Assembly: GCA_973895155.1 (NCBI GenBank)
Contig: OZ316893.1
Coordinates: 15,716,645-15,780,644, forward strand
Length of the DNA: 64,000 nt
Direction: 5' to 3'
Source: Marsupella aquatica
Taxonomy: Eukaryota > Plantae > Marchantiophyta
The notes beneath the pieces were generated by a model that had not been told where the DNA came from, ran no database searches, and saw only the letters and a list, made by a program, of their open reading frames with translations. A program made the position numbers and the translations under genes. Each line of letters starts with the position of its first letter. Position 1 is the first letter of the stretch. Shown in pieces: positions 13,312 through 26,721 of the stretch.

Positions 13312-16300
13312 ATGTCGCGCTCAATTGTTATTACACGTGCTTGTACCCGGGAAGTCATCAAAGTTCCCGTGCAGGTTTCTGATACTTACAGGCAAGTAAG
13401 TGAGAACTATCTGTGCGGGAGATTTGATTTGAGAATCAATGACATTCTGTCGATTGTTCCTGAGGAGTCATCGAGTGGAGGACATGAACCAGCTGCGGCA
13501 TTTGATGTGGATGATGGAATACGTTTCTGGCACATGAATGTAGGACTTTGTTACACGCTTCATGTCAGACCTACTCCTCTTCAATCGGTTGTTCAGGACA
13601 TTCCGCCCCAGGTTGTTGAAATATTTGAGAGTGAAGATGAGGAAGTTGCGCCCAATCCTCCTGAGAAGCACAAAGCTCCAAGCTCTAGTTGCCTTAAGAG
13701 TGAACCGGTGGCCACTTCCGGAGATGTCCAGAAGGTTTACCGGCGGAGTGCAATGGACGCCTTACTCAAGGCCACAGGCCATAGTGAATTGTCAAGATTT
13801 ATCTCGGCAGGGGACTTTCGACACGATCAAGTTCCTTGTTTGCCAAACAAGTACAACGGAAATATTGTATTTGAATTGCCTCCCATTGTGGGAATGCAGT
13901 CCAAAGGATCTAGACTTCGTGACATGGACCGTGCCAAAGATTGTTACATTTGGACCAGGATTTTTCCGATGACCGCAAACGTGCAACCAAAAAAACACTG
14001 GGAGTTTGGTAAAGTCAGTTGTACTGGGTTCGTCGAGTGCAGGAACAAGTCCTGTGAATATTTTTAGCGAAAGAAGAGATGCAATTCTAAAGCGTGGGCT
14101 GGTACCCCTAAGCTTAGTGGTGGGTTCGCTCATTCAAGAGGGTGGTATAGTATGTCACTATTGTGAAAAGATTCCTTTTTGTGTGGACTCTTGCCCTGCT
14201 CGCTTGTTCTATATGTATCCACAGGTCCTACTTGATACAGAAACCTGTAGTCACATGTCTCGGCTCGCGGTACATATAGGTGAACATAATCATCCGAGTA
14301 TAAAAGTTTTCTCCAGGAGTGCTGAAAAGATGGCCGAGGACTTAATAAAAAGAAATCACAAAGCCAATCCTCTTGCGAAACCGGCTGGGATTTTGAATTT
14401 GGCGACTGGTTCGCTTGTGAAAGCTCTTTGCGAGAACGTTGATGACATCGTAGATATTGAAGAAACCGAAATTTGGAAGTCTCTCATGGTTCTATCTACT
14501 CCTCAGAAATTTGCGTCCCTTTGTCGCAGCGTTCGAATGGACCAGGCTGGTCGTGGTGAGTTAGATTTCCTAGCTCGAATGCAAAGGTCAAATAATATTT
14601 CTTTTCTCCAAAGGTATCTTCTTCCGGGTCAGGGTTGTTTAGCAGATCATCCCCACATATTCAAAATGTCAGTCAAGGGTCATGGATCTGGTGTAGATCT
14701 TTTACGTCAGATGCAACCTGGCGGAAGACTGGAAGGGGCTTGGGTGAGTTTTGATGTCATGAAGCGAGTGACAACCGACTGGTTTACTTCTAGCGCACAT
14801 GTTTACGATCACAACTTTCGAGCTCTTTGTACAATATTCACATGCGAACTAAAAGCTGAAGACACAGAGTCCTTTGAGAAGGCATGGAGAATTATGATAG
14901 AGGTTTGTAAGGAAAATGGGTTACATGAGGTTACCATTCAAGGTTTTATGGCCGACAATGCTCAGGCTGGATGGATTGCCATTCGCAATGTCTTTTTTGG
15001 GGGTCACCCAGACCCTGAACGTGAACGTTCTGATGCATTCCACTTTTACCAGTATTTCCATCGACATTCCACAGAGGGAGTACTCGAGGGTAGGCAACCT
15101 GAACATCTAAGACTGTGGGAGAAATTGTGAAATGCTCCATCATTCGTTGCTGCATACCGAGTTTCTAGGGAGATTGTGTTATGGTGGCAAGCAGGCAACT
15201 GTGTTCCAGGAAAATTGATGATGTTGCAGAGTTGGATATCATGGTGGGTCGTTCGATGGCGTCAGTGGGGGAATTTCATTCGCGTGGTAAGTTTTATCAA
15301 TGCTTACAATAGTCACTTCGCCATGTTTTTTACTAGTGCCTGGCGCTGCTTTAAACTGTACAGAGAACTTTTCCACATTCATGACTTATGAACACTTGAT
15401 AATACCAACATTACATTAATGTATATTATATACATTGCTAGCGCCTGGCGCTGCTTAAACAAATTGACTAAAGTTGGTCTGGATCCACTTCATTGCAGAG
15501 CAAAAGCGCAGAAGAAGGTGCCCTCATTCCAAACTGTACAGGTTCTGAGTCAAGGCACGCTTCAATGAAAGCATGGGCAACCAAAAAAATGGTGGGCCTC
15601 TTCGAAGCATGCGAAGTTGATCAAAATCGGGCTATATCTCAAGTTGCAGGTTACAGTGCATATCGGAAAGGACTCAATAGAGGGAAGGGGCCAACTATCT
15701 GGGAATTGGCATTCCGTTCGGCAGACCAAGCAGGTTCATCCAAGTTATTCGAAGAAGCCACTAACATGATTCTTTCCAACTCTGCCGATTTTGATCTGGG
15801 TAGGAATTCTCCTCTGAATGGAGATATTGTCACCAAATCGGTTAAGAGGAAGGGACTTGCAACTGGGATTGTCTCGCCACAAGACTCCCATCGGCATGAC
15901 ACCATTCTCATCACTACCCCAAATACTCGAGGATTCAAACGGAAGAATCTCAACAAGAATGAGTTCACTTCCATTCCCGCCAATGTAGTAGATCCTGTAG
16001 TAGACCTCTACGGGAGTGACACTTCAACAAGTGAAAGCAATTCCCTTGCAAACACCCCTAAAGCCACGAGGGAAACAACATCATCTCAACAACCACGCAG
16101 TGCCCCCGCTGTGGTTCAACGTTTGCCGACAGAATCAGTTCCATTGGAAATGGACGTTCCAAGCGGAAGCTGGCATTTGAGACGGACGGCCAAATATGGG
16201 GCAGGGCCACAGTGTAATGGGACCTTGCATGGAAATTCTGACAGAGATGAGTGTCAAAATTGTGTCAAGAAAATAGGGTTCCATTCTGCTGCTGGTGTTG

Positions 16301-17029
16301 TCGGCATTGTTGTCAGCGGACATCGCATTTTCAGAGGAACTCCCATTGCCGAAATGATATGGTTCTGCCCAAACAGCACATGCTACAAGAGCCGCCCGCG
16401 TCGTGGTGTTGAACGCCTTCCTCCTGTGCCGGACATTCTGCCAATTGTGAAAGGAACAAACCTCTCGCCTGGCGAGATAGAGTACCTTCAAGCGCAGGGA
16501 GTCTCTATGGTCCAAACAGCTGCGCCCTCGATCTCGAACTCGAACTGCACCATTTGCATTCGACTTGAGAATCAATGTTAACACATTTCCAGAGAAAATC
16601 AATTTTGCGGAGCCCAACGTGCGCCTTCGTAGCAGGAATGGGAGGAACTCTAGACCTCGCTCTAATCTAATTGTGGCTCATAGTAAACGAATGGAGTCGG
16701 CTCGAAAAGAAGCTAGGACTCTGGATGGAGAGTGGGATGTGATTAGTGGAATTGCTTATGGGAAACAATTCAGAATACGGACTCACGAGAACCTTCGATC
16801 GCCAAACACTTACTTTGTCCAAATGTGCATCTTCCCTACTTGTTCCTGTGAGGATTTCTTCCGTCGTCATTCCCGCGGCAAGCCGTATATGCCCTGTAAA
16901 CATTTGTACTGGGTGTTCATAAATGTCTTCAAGTTTCATGTAGAGGAGTCTACCCTGTGTAGCCAACCGATTTTGACAGTTGGAGAAGTCAGACTTGTGT
17001 TGGAGAGGCACAACGCAAATGGTTTATAG
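13312..17029 (+). pseudogene. MULE-type DDE transposase with N-terminal Cys-rich region and C-terminal SWIM zinc finger (disrupted)
   Basis: SFDVMKR, FMADNAQA..AIRNVF, DAFHF (CxxH position), then TCSCEDF...PCKHLYWV (SWIM). In-frame GT-AG intron 15287-15498. Frameshifts near 14060 and 16570; stop at 15128. Confidence 0.8.
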
Positions 17030-18867
17030 AGGGACTCGATTTATCCTTAATTGTCGTATTCCATAACGGATACTATGTTGTTTTGTCTTTAGTCAACGGA
17101 TATTACTTTAGTTTTTTATGTGGTTTTGGTTAGCGTCGGGCGCTGGTCAATAACTTATTTATAAAATTTTGTTTTTTGTGGTTAGTGCCATTGGATGGTT
17201 CCATAAGCTTTTATTATCGTCCCATTATTCTGCGTACTTAATCCTTTGTTAGCGCCTGGCGCTAGTTTCACACTCTGCCTGACAGACCCCTATGTTTCCG
17301 ATAACATAATTCAGTCTACAACTGGATTTGTGGTGGGTCCCGCCTGAGCTTACTCCATTCCTCCATGGGTTAGCCTTTTTTTAACCACACTAATGAAGTA
17401 TATGAACTAAATGAAGCATTTAAAAGTGGACTGTTTAGAAATGTTGTTATATATAAACAGTGGTGAATTGAATGACAACCCTTTTTTATCTATAATCTGA
17501 GCAAGTGACAATGGATTGGAACCTCTCCGAGCAACTGTGAGCACACTTTTCCCTTATATCTGACGTCGTGTCTTATGCCAGTAGGAATATTTTTAGCTTA
17601 AGTATGTGGTTGTTCCTTACGTGAATTTTTGAAAAACTTTGCCAAATAGTACACCTTTACAATAACAATTTCCTGTTACCAGGAGAAATTACCTGGTAAC
17701 AGGAAAACTGTTTCCTGTTTCCTGTCTCCACTGCTATACCCAGAAATTTAGTAGGAATCTCTGCGAGTGCATTAGCTTGTATGGAGGCAGTCGATCAGTT
17801 CCAAGTCATACATGATTGTCTGAAGCATGCGCCACTTTGCAATGTGACATTCCGGATTAATCGCGGGATTTTGTCTGTTCACTAGTTGGAGGTTATTTCA
17901 GCAAACACTCAATTACCGCAGTCACGTCTATGGACATAGATGCAAACTCCGCGGCAACAAGGATCTCATCGTCCTGAGCAGTCGCCACGGCTAGGCGCTT
18001 CCAGTGAGGGAGGCACCCCATATATTTCAGCCCAGTCGACTATCATTCCAGCCCCGTCTACTTTTGGTACAATCATCCCCCGCCCCTATGTGCAATACAC
18101 CATCCTCGAATCCAGCCCAGCCACCAATAACTCTATCTCAGGGCTCTTGCATAACAGGTACATCAAGTGGAGTGCCAATATCGGGCGTGCTCTAGGGTGA
18201 AGAACATGTCCATGCCGACAAAGAAATCCAGGAGGGCACTTCCATGTCTTCCATTGTTTGACGTCTAGCAGAAGCTTTTAGTGCCTCATTGGATGTGTAC
18301 TCTGGACGTAACAGATAGACAGTGTAGAATCCGCCTTAGCCAAATTTAGCTTTTGCAAGTATTATGTGTTATCACTCTGTGTTGCACCTTGTTGCAATAT
18401 AGGAAAATGCTGGATTGACTATGACTATATGATGAAATATGGGAAGTTTTTGTATTCAAAGTCTTGTTCTGTGCTTACTCTAGATTCGTACTATGCCGTG
18501 TTTACTCTACATTGTTACTCACCAACATCATTTTACTGAAATATCTAATGAAGTACAATGTCAATAATGCTGACTACACTTGTCATGCATTCATTATTCC
18601 TTAAATTTGAAGTCCCAATGATTGGCATTGTCGATCCTCGTGGTGTCGTTGATTCAGGCACCATGTGTAATTTGTATTGCAATGATTGTTTCAATGAATG
18701 GATATGAAATGATGTTGTTACGTATGCTACGAGTGAATTCAGTAACGGAATGAATGATTCCTCCTTTGTGATTAGTAATTGATTAGTGAGTATTAAATTA
18801 TTCACATGTGATTCCCCTGTTCATTGATGGTCAGTATGCATATATATATTGCAGGTGTGAAGACAAT

Positions 18868-21566
18868 ATGGCGCGAACCAAGAGCCAGGATCTTACGAAT
18901 CACCGAAACCTGATTTGGTTTACTTAATCTGCCTTCCAGCTGATTAATGTAATTTAGTTTAGTTTGACATGTACATCATGTCACTCACTCATTGGGTTTT
19001 CAGGCCGCTAACAAGAGACTCGCTCTGTGGGACAATGCCCATCGTCCGCCCACTGCAGTAGACATGGAACCAAGTGTGCGTGGTGGTCCTATGTTGGAGG
19101 CAGACGTGCCAGTGTTTCCCGCACTGCTCACAGCAGCATCTGCACCGAATGGTGGCGTCACTGAGTTGCCCTCTGTTCACTTGCAAGGGCGTCCTTCCCT
19201 CACTCCGGTGCTAGCTCTACTGGCACCATATTGCCCGTTGCCGCCTCCCTCATTGGCACCTGCCCGCAACAAGGTCACCGCAGTCACAGTAAATGCCCCA
19301 TCCAAACCAATACCAAGTAGAAGTGGGAAGAAAAGGAAATTGCTGAACCCTATTCCATCTAGCAGGTTCACTCCACGACAAGCTAAGGTTGGGGTTCAGT
19401 ATAATGAACAGCCCCGATTTACCAAACAAAAAGCTCGAACAAAAGGCAAGGCAGAAGTCAAATATGTAGACACAGATGCATCCAACAGTGATGCAAAGGA
19501 GTCTGATCCAGCCCCCAAGACAGGGGCTCGCACTGGCTGCCGCGATCTCCAGACCTACTGTCTCCAGGGGGACTTTGGACCAGAAGCCTTCACATGTGTG
19601 TCGATGTGCAGCATTGCCCGAACCATGTGCCAACTGCAAATTTGTAAGAAGGGATCCACACTTCATGTTTGTACGTGAATTATGAGTTATTTACGTGAGT
19701 TATCTACAATTGCAACTGTGTAGTGGTATTGACCATTGCTTTCTTACACTTGTGAACAGGAATGAGCAGTCACATGCAAGGCTAAAGAGGGAGTTCATTT
19801 CTCTCGATACTTTAATGGCGTTGTGTGCAAGATGTTGCCTTGTAAGAATGTGCCTTTCAAAAACCTTCGCACATACGGTTGCCATGTTTTCAAGAAGCAT
19901 GGTCTGATTAGTGAAGGGACCCCTCGGTCACTGTATACTAAAGACGTTGTTGCTGTGAGGCAAGGAATTTTGCACGACGGAAGCAGCTAGGGGCTGAATG
20001 CTTGCCCAATTACTACAACGTGAGAGGGACATTGAGACAATGTTGGAGCATGGCCAAAAGAGGGGTGAAGTATGTGCCTTTCTACGTTGAACGCTTCACT
20101 CACCACAGTCACTGTGTTTTTCAAAAGCAATTGATCTGTCCCATCCAACATCTGACCATGCACGGTGGCTTACTGTATGTCTGTGTTGGAGGGCAACGAC
20201 TCAGAGCAAGTTTGTCACCCGGTTTGAACAAAACCATTTACAGAACCCCTCACCAACAGTTCCATCTCAAAACATGTTCTTAATTTTCTTTCAATTTATA
20301 ATGCCCAAACTTGACTTCCACGTGTGGGATAGTCTGACCAATGATCGTGACTGGGCTCGCTTGCAGGCCTTGGTTTTGCAATGCCCAAATTCACCATATG
20401 TATTGTCGTGGACCAGCAGAGCCTTGTCTGATATTAAAGGTAGTGCATTTGCAGAATTAGATGAGTTTCAAAGTGGAAGACTCATCCAAAGTGCTACAGT
20501 AGTGAGGAATTTCTTTGAACCAGTTGATGCATCAATTGATTCTGTTGAAATCCATGATGCCATGGCACTGCAACGGGCAGACCTGTGTAATGATGCTCTG
20601 AACTGGATGCGTACCAAGCGCGACAGTCTACTATGGGAAGAGGAGCATGGCTGGCCACGATTTCAGACTTAGGGCAAGAAGGAGTATGCAATTTGAAAGG
20701 CAGATCGTAAGCCCAAGGCGGTTCAGCCTTACATACCCAACATCGTGGCCATGTATAAGAAGTTGAACTCCTATAGTGATGATGTTGCAATGAAGAAGGT
20801 AATTTGATGAACAACCACTACTAAAATGAGTTGGTCATGCATTACCGCGATGTTCATTGTACTGTAATGTGTTGAAACACAAACCTGTTCAATTTCAATT
20901 AATCAAACCTTAATGTGTGAAATTGGCCATTACCGTGCAGGTTCAAGCGAAGGCAGAGTGGACTAACACCTCAGATGAGGAGCCCATTGAAGAGTCCGAT
21001 GCTGAACGGAAGGATGAAGAACGTTGTCTAGATGAAGATGCCGCTGAATTGTTCCCAGATTTGGCATGCCAGATGCTTGCCAACGAGCCTCAAATAAATT
21101 TTAGGTGGGTCACCAATGACGACCTTCCATCACATGGTGCAATCCCGGACGCCCCTCCAGTAAAAATTATTGCGGATCCATTGCTACAGGCCTCCACATC
21201 TAATGTTGGAAGTCCGTCACGCCATGCCAGTGTACATGTTCTACCTACCGTGGTGGAACCCAAAGCAAATACAACACCTCTGTTATATTTCCGACCAAAA
21301 ACAATGGACTCATTGCAGATGTTGTGGAAGATGACGATGTTCCAAGCCGAGGTGCTTTCTCCCCCAACCAAACGGAAGCAATCCTTGCATCCCAAGAATT
21401 CTCACAAGCGTACAAGAGGTTCACACCATTGACGGACATAATGGAATGAATTACTTTCTTGTCTTCTCAAACCGTAGAGCTGCAGAAAGTTGTTGCTCGA
21501 TTGAATAGCCCAACCGCGTCTGTCAATGATGCTCCATTTGGTTCGGATGACGATGATCTAGTGTAG
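18868..21566 (+). pseudogene. Degenerate multi-exon gene of unknown function, probably an accessory gene of the adjacent MULE
   Basis: Fragmented ORFs 18992-19678, 20274-20672, 20917-21432 with splice-acceptor-like sites. Pro/Lys-rich region and a C2H2-like segment CKMLPC...F...H.FKKH near 19820-19900. Convergent with the transposase. Confidence 0.35.
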
Positions 21567-24500
21567 GCTGTTAGAATATGAACAGTGAGTACACAACTTT
21601 ACAAGAGACATGAAAGACCGTGTGACTTTAGGGACCAAATTTTCTTTCGGGTTGAGCCTGTTTTGATTAGTTTGTAAAGGACTACATATATGTGGTCCTT
21701 TATGTTGTTTAGGGCCTGCCATTTTGAAGTCAACCATTTGTAGTTTGGAAGGCCAATTTGTGAAGCAACCTCGGATAAATAAATGAACGTTTTTTGTTCA
21801 GCGCTCTCTGAATTTTTCTAGCGGTTCTATGCACATGGAAGGCCGTTCGGGGAATGTGTAGTATGATACATTCACCTTTTCAGGGGAATGTATGTTCTAT
21901 ACCTCTGTTTATATTGTCATCTGAGTACAAGAACTAGTGGACACTCTATTCATGATTCGTTCCAACCTCTTTAACATTCTTAAAGTACTAGCATGCGTGT
22001 CTTTGTTGTGTCTTTGCCATTCATTCATTACACCTTGTGGACATAAACAATATAAGAAGCACCATGTTGTCCATGTTTTCCATTGAAGTCCAAATATTGG
22101 CATGATAGTACTGGGGCAAACATTTGGACCACATTGTTAATATATTCAATGTACTACAAATGTTTGGAATAATGTTTCAATATAGGACCCGATCCTAAAC
22201 CCCCTTCCCACCCTGGCAAACTCAGACATGTGAACTATGAACATTGAACTATGAACTATTCATCCACAATGGAGACTATATTCTCTTCTATAGTTGTCGT
22301 TGCATTGGAGTCACTTGCGCATCCTGTGGAGAAGGCACGTAAAATGTCTGGAAAGTTGGGCGACATAGCCCAAGTTTGGCTTGAGCCAATTTGGATATTT
22401 CCAATGACATCCATGCTGGCCTGGCTCGGAGGCAATTTCAGTACGCCGGATTTGGATGCCTGGTTAATTACGTTGGTAAGTGAAAACTATGGGGCTGCTC
22501 AATTTTTTGTCCTCCGCATTGCCTTTGACGCCAAGGGCTTCATACATTCTCCCTTTGCCCTAGTACCAGCCTGGTCTGTGATGGCAAGGCACATGTCGGC
22601 AAGGGCGTCTACAAATTCCTTGTCGAATTTGGCTTGGAATGATAATGCCTTTTCCTTTTTTTTAATGCGCAGCTTCTCAGGTGCGTTTGGCCCGCTCACC
22701 AAATTCCGTGGGTCACCCGGAGGATACGGATTGACATTTTCTTTGTTGGACCCTACCGGAACTTTCCCCCTTGCGGTTGCATTTGCCTTTCGCACCCATC
22801 AATTTATCTACCCAGCCGCGTCTGGCAACAGTCGTCCTGTCACTCCCTTCAGCAGGAGTGATTGGTTCATGTGCTGACTGTACCTCCAGCCTTGCAACAT
22901 TTTGTTGTGCCTCTCTGGTGAAGAGAGACTCCATCCAATGCTTGAGCTCAATCAGACCTTGTTTGGCAAGAGTCAGGTGATATGCAATTTGATTGTAACA
23001 TGTGGTAACAATGGCTTGAAATTCCTCCATGGGTGCAGTTCTAAGGCCGCGTAACCTGGCTTGCGTCATCTGTTGGTTGTTCCCACCTATCCTCATCCTC
23101 ATCCGGATATGTGATATTGATATTCCCAACCTCACAAGCCAACTTTGGGCATTCCCCATGCATCCGTTTGAAATGGTGGTCGAGGCCACCCAAAAATGAT
23201 CCCATCTTTGTTTTGTGTTGATGCAGGACCTCCAACTCCGTCATCTTCTTTGTAACCAGCAGAACTTTTATCTACATGTCAATCGTACGGAAACTTAAGG
23301 TTAAGCTAGAGGCGTCAAAAATTTGTAGGAGCAAGTCCTTCAGGATCAATTATATATAAAGCAGTTTGGAAGAAGCAGAAACTGAATGGAATTACCTGAT
23401 GTTTGCATGCATTCCCTTGAAGTGATTACCCACATGTGCATTCACAACTGTCTTTGTCCCAGTCGATGACAAGATGTTCCTTGGTGCTGGGATTGTTTGA
23501 GGAAGTGCTTCTAACACATGCACACTTGGCCAGCCCACACTGAAATGTTTGCACATAATCATCTGGGATTGTCTTGGCTCTACTGAGGGACTTATGCACA
23601 AGGCCTTCTATCGTTCTGTTTCTGATTTGCCCCTGGAATTTGTCAACAGCAATACACCAATAGTGATTCTTGATAACTCTCAAGTGACCAAGTAGCCAAG
23701 GAAGCGACCATCCCGTAATGTTGTACCTACCCGCCTTCAACTCCATCTTGAGGGTGTGGTGCCAGCGTTTGATGCCCCCATTTGTAATCTGGTTTGCATG
23801 ATTGTACCCTCTGAACTGTACTGCCCAATTGGCAACCTTGTTATGCCACTCCTGTTTGTAATATGCAACAAATACCGGTTGCCTTGGGTAAGTTGCCATC
23901 GATCTATAAAAGCTTGGGACTCTTCAGTCATGTTTGCCAAGTAATGTACACGATATTAGCATTTGGAATTCCAAATAAATCCACATTGCCAAACTACTGT
24001 TGTACAACCAACACATTACAAGCACAGGTCCAACATAATACAAGCAGACAACCAATAGATTAGAAGCAATGATAGAGTTCTCACCACTTCCATCTGGGCT
24101 TGCATGACAATACATGAGAGCGCCCAGATCTGCATTGATCTGGGCTTTGGCAAAGGGGTAGAAAACCTTTGAGATTATGTTTTTGGTCCAGGCTCTTTGA
24201 ACGTGCCAAGTGCAAAATGTTATAGGAACTTTGGGGAAAACCTGTCTGTATAGATAACACATTTGCATGAGAATAAATTTGATGGCATGCATTTCATATG
24301 AAAGACTGCAGCGGTGACAAAAAATGATATGATATACAGTATACCTGATTGCTGCTTGTTCCTCGTCCGCTACATCAATAATCCAACAGGTAGGTGTCCA
24401 CGAAACTTGCAAATTCAATTTTGTCCTCTTGGCATTCACGCAGTCTTTCACAACTGGGAGGACTTGGCTAGCTTGTAGGGCTTTGTACATTTGCAGAAGA

Positions 24501-24790
24501 GCAAATGCTACGGGAATGGCATTTTGAAATTTGTCATACACAACAACTGTGTAGAAAGGGAACTGCCAATGGAAAACAAAACAAAACTTAAAAGTGTCAT
24601 GGTATATACAGTACATTTGAAGCAAGTACAAAATTGTCTGCAACAATGACCAAAACTTCTAAATGGCAATACAAGGAATTGCAAATAAGGTACAGTAAAT
24701 GCATAGCTTACTCCAAAGTGGTTGGTACCAAAAGTTGCATCAAATGCTACGGGTCCATCATGACCAAGAAGCGATAGCTTCTTTTGCTGC

Positions 24791-26283
24791 AATGGTGGAC
24801 CTAGCCACCCAACGCCCTCACCAATCCCAGCACTTGCGCCTAAGTGCCCTTGGTGCCCGAACGCCTCCACAGAATACCTCGAGCAAGCATCCAAGTGCCC
24901 CTAGCACCACCAGCGGCCACTCCCATACGAAGCCGCACTTGCTCACCTACACGACCGCTACTCAACGGTCCTCACTGTCTGCACAAACAACCAAGCACCT
25001 CGGTAAGTAACCCCTCCGGATCTAGAACTCGCCAAGTCTAGCATCCTAACTCAAGCTCAACAGACGTTGGTAAATAGGTCAGCGATAGGTCCTCCCGATG
25101 CCATAAACCGGAACCAGAACCCACGCCCACTGTCCGTCCAGGATAGCTCCTTCCTTGGGCGCGGCCCGAGTTCCCCCTCGTACCTATCCATCACCAACTA
25201 ACTGCCCTGACCTCAGGACATGCTCATGGCCCAATTAGCGTAGCTTGTCCTAAAGCTTGTCCCGAGCTTGTCTCAACACGCCGGGACCAGAATGGCCCCG
25301 ACTCTAACAACCGCTCCCGGTTCGCCCCACTGATGGTCTAGGGACCGAGCGCCCTTGGGACTCAGCCTCCATTCCTACTTGGCCTTGCCTCCCCAACGCA
25401 AGCTCCCTTGGGAGGCTGAACGCGGCTTGGCTGCTGTTCGGCAGGATTTGGCAAGCGGGCGAGCTAACACCCGCAAACCATGAGCACCCATGGCACCCCG
25501 GACCCATCTGAGCTCGAGAGGGCGTAGCCCTCTTCAAGAGCTTTCCAACAAACCCAAGAAGTCCTCCAACAGACTTCCCGTTGGAAAGATATCGCCATTT
25601 CCGTTTGACGGTTTCCCTTAGTGTCGCGACCGCCGCGGCTCACGACTTCGGCTCGCCCTTAGCCCCCAGGGTGACACCACTCCCCTCATATATGCTTCTG
25701 GGGACCTGCCACCCCCGGACCAGCTTTGGTCCCTAAACATTTGGCCCCCAACCCGGATCCCATCGCGCATAATGGGCGCGCCACCAACTGGCAACGCCCA
25801 TAACTTTCTTGATAGGCATCCGCAAGCGGAGTGACTTAGCCCGTTGTGACCGGGCTGACCCAGTGCTCATGCCTAGGCCCTCAGGTCTGATCGCCGCTCG
25901 GGGCCCCCAACCGGCCCAACCCGGATCGGGCCACAACTCGCGCCCCAAGCGTCCGTTGCCAATGGCATCAACTCCATTGGCCTTGGGCCCAAGAGGAGCT
26001 CACTCACAAGCCCTCAGAACTCAAAGCCCATCCGATGGTCCGTACGGCCACCCTTGAGCCCGGCCCATTTCCCCTTGACCCAACCAGCCATAGGCTAGTC
26101 CAAGTCCTTAGTGTGTGTCCCTAGCTTGGCCCCTTGCCTCGCTAGTGTCACGTCTCATTGCCCAAAAGTCTCCCCATGCTAAGTCCTCCCCGGATGGCCT
26201 ATCCGGGCCTGGACCATAAGGGAGCTCGGCGTTGGAGTCAGCGACGCCGGAGCTAAGTGTTAAGGTAGTCGAGTTCCGCGACT
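24791..26283 (-). repeat. 3' LTR of the chromovirus
   Basis: Direct repeat of 32006-33493. Preceded on the minus strand by PPT AAGGGGGGG (26296-26288) plus TGCA. Confidence 0.93.
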
Positions 26284-26721
26284 TGCACCCCCCCTTAAAA
26301 ATGGTCACGTCCGCGTGACCTAAGTAGTGTTCCAACACGCCTAGACCACTTTGGGCCTTAAATTTTTTTTTATGAGGTAACAAATGGTTTGCCCATAAGG
26401 CTGATGCAAACCATTGGTATGCGCATTCCAAACTTAGGAAATTCCAATCTATCCCACTTATCCAAGTAGGATGGCAGTCCAAACGGGTAAGCTAACTCCA
26501 AACTCGTCGGACCCATTGTCCTCCCCTTGGGGTGCTCCCCTTTGGTTTGAACTAGCCCGCCCACAGATGTAGGGCGGGCACCATCAACTTCCACTTGCAA
26601 AAAGCAAATTGGCCGCCCAACAACCTCTAGCACCAACGCAATCCGACTTTATCCTTAAGAGGCCGAGAGGAGTGAAACTAGGATACAACTCACAAAGGTA
26701 GCTACAGCTGCCTGTACCAGT

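Larger units (their letters stand above)
6669..17263. promoter_or_regulatory. About 20 dispersed copies of palindrome AGCGCCNGGCGCT (often CTAG-extended), restricted to non-coding parts of the MULE
   Basis: Starts at 6669, 6790, 6863, 7033, 7220, 8043, 8147, 9997, 10099, 10142, 11550, 12703, 12765, 12912, 12973, 13037, 15335, 15440, 17132, 17251. The repeat is certain; the regulatory role is inferred. Confidence 0.75.
6287..17741. mobile_element. Mutator-like (MULE) DNA transposon, 11.5 kb, short imperfect TIRs, 10-bp TSD
   Basis: AGAAATTTAG at 6277-6286 and 17742-17751. Termini GGGTAT...GACAGGAACCAGGAAACAGT and ACTGTTTCCTGTTTCCTGTC...ATACCC. Internal MULE-DDE/SWIM transposase. Confidence 0.88.
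6107..17886 (+). pseudogene. Degenerate coding fragment split by the Mutator-like element; possibly RPA70 C-terminal OB-fold-like
   Basis: Removing 6287-17751 restores a continuous frame ...YHFEVLMTNATLQCNAHKSSLRAAIWDATRNL|VGISASALACMEAVDQF..., loosely resembling the RPA1-C 'F...a..llG.sA..l' segment. Only 6107-6286 and 17752-17886 belong to it. Confidence 0.3.

Noticed and set aside
6669-17263. Dispersed palindromes as CRISPR or REP repeats, or the ParB-MTase region as bacterial contamination/prophage
   Set aside because: Spacing is irregular, the gene has GT-AG introns, and it sits inside a TSD-bounded eukaryotic MULE.
24699-26482. Duplicated short ORFs (also 31811-33267, 42553-43272, 58612-58944) as paralogous genes
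   Set aside because: They are incidental translations of LTR and terminal repeats.
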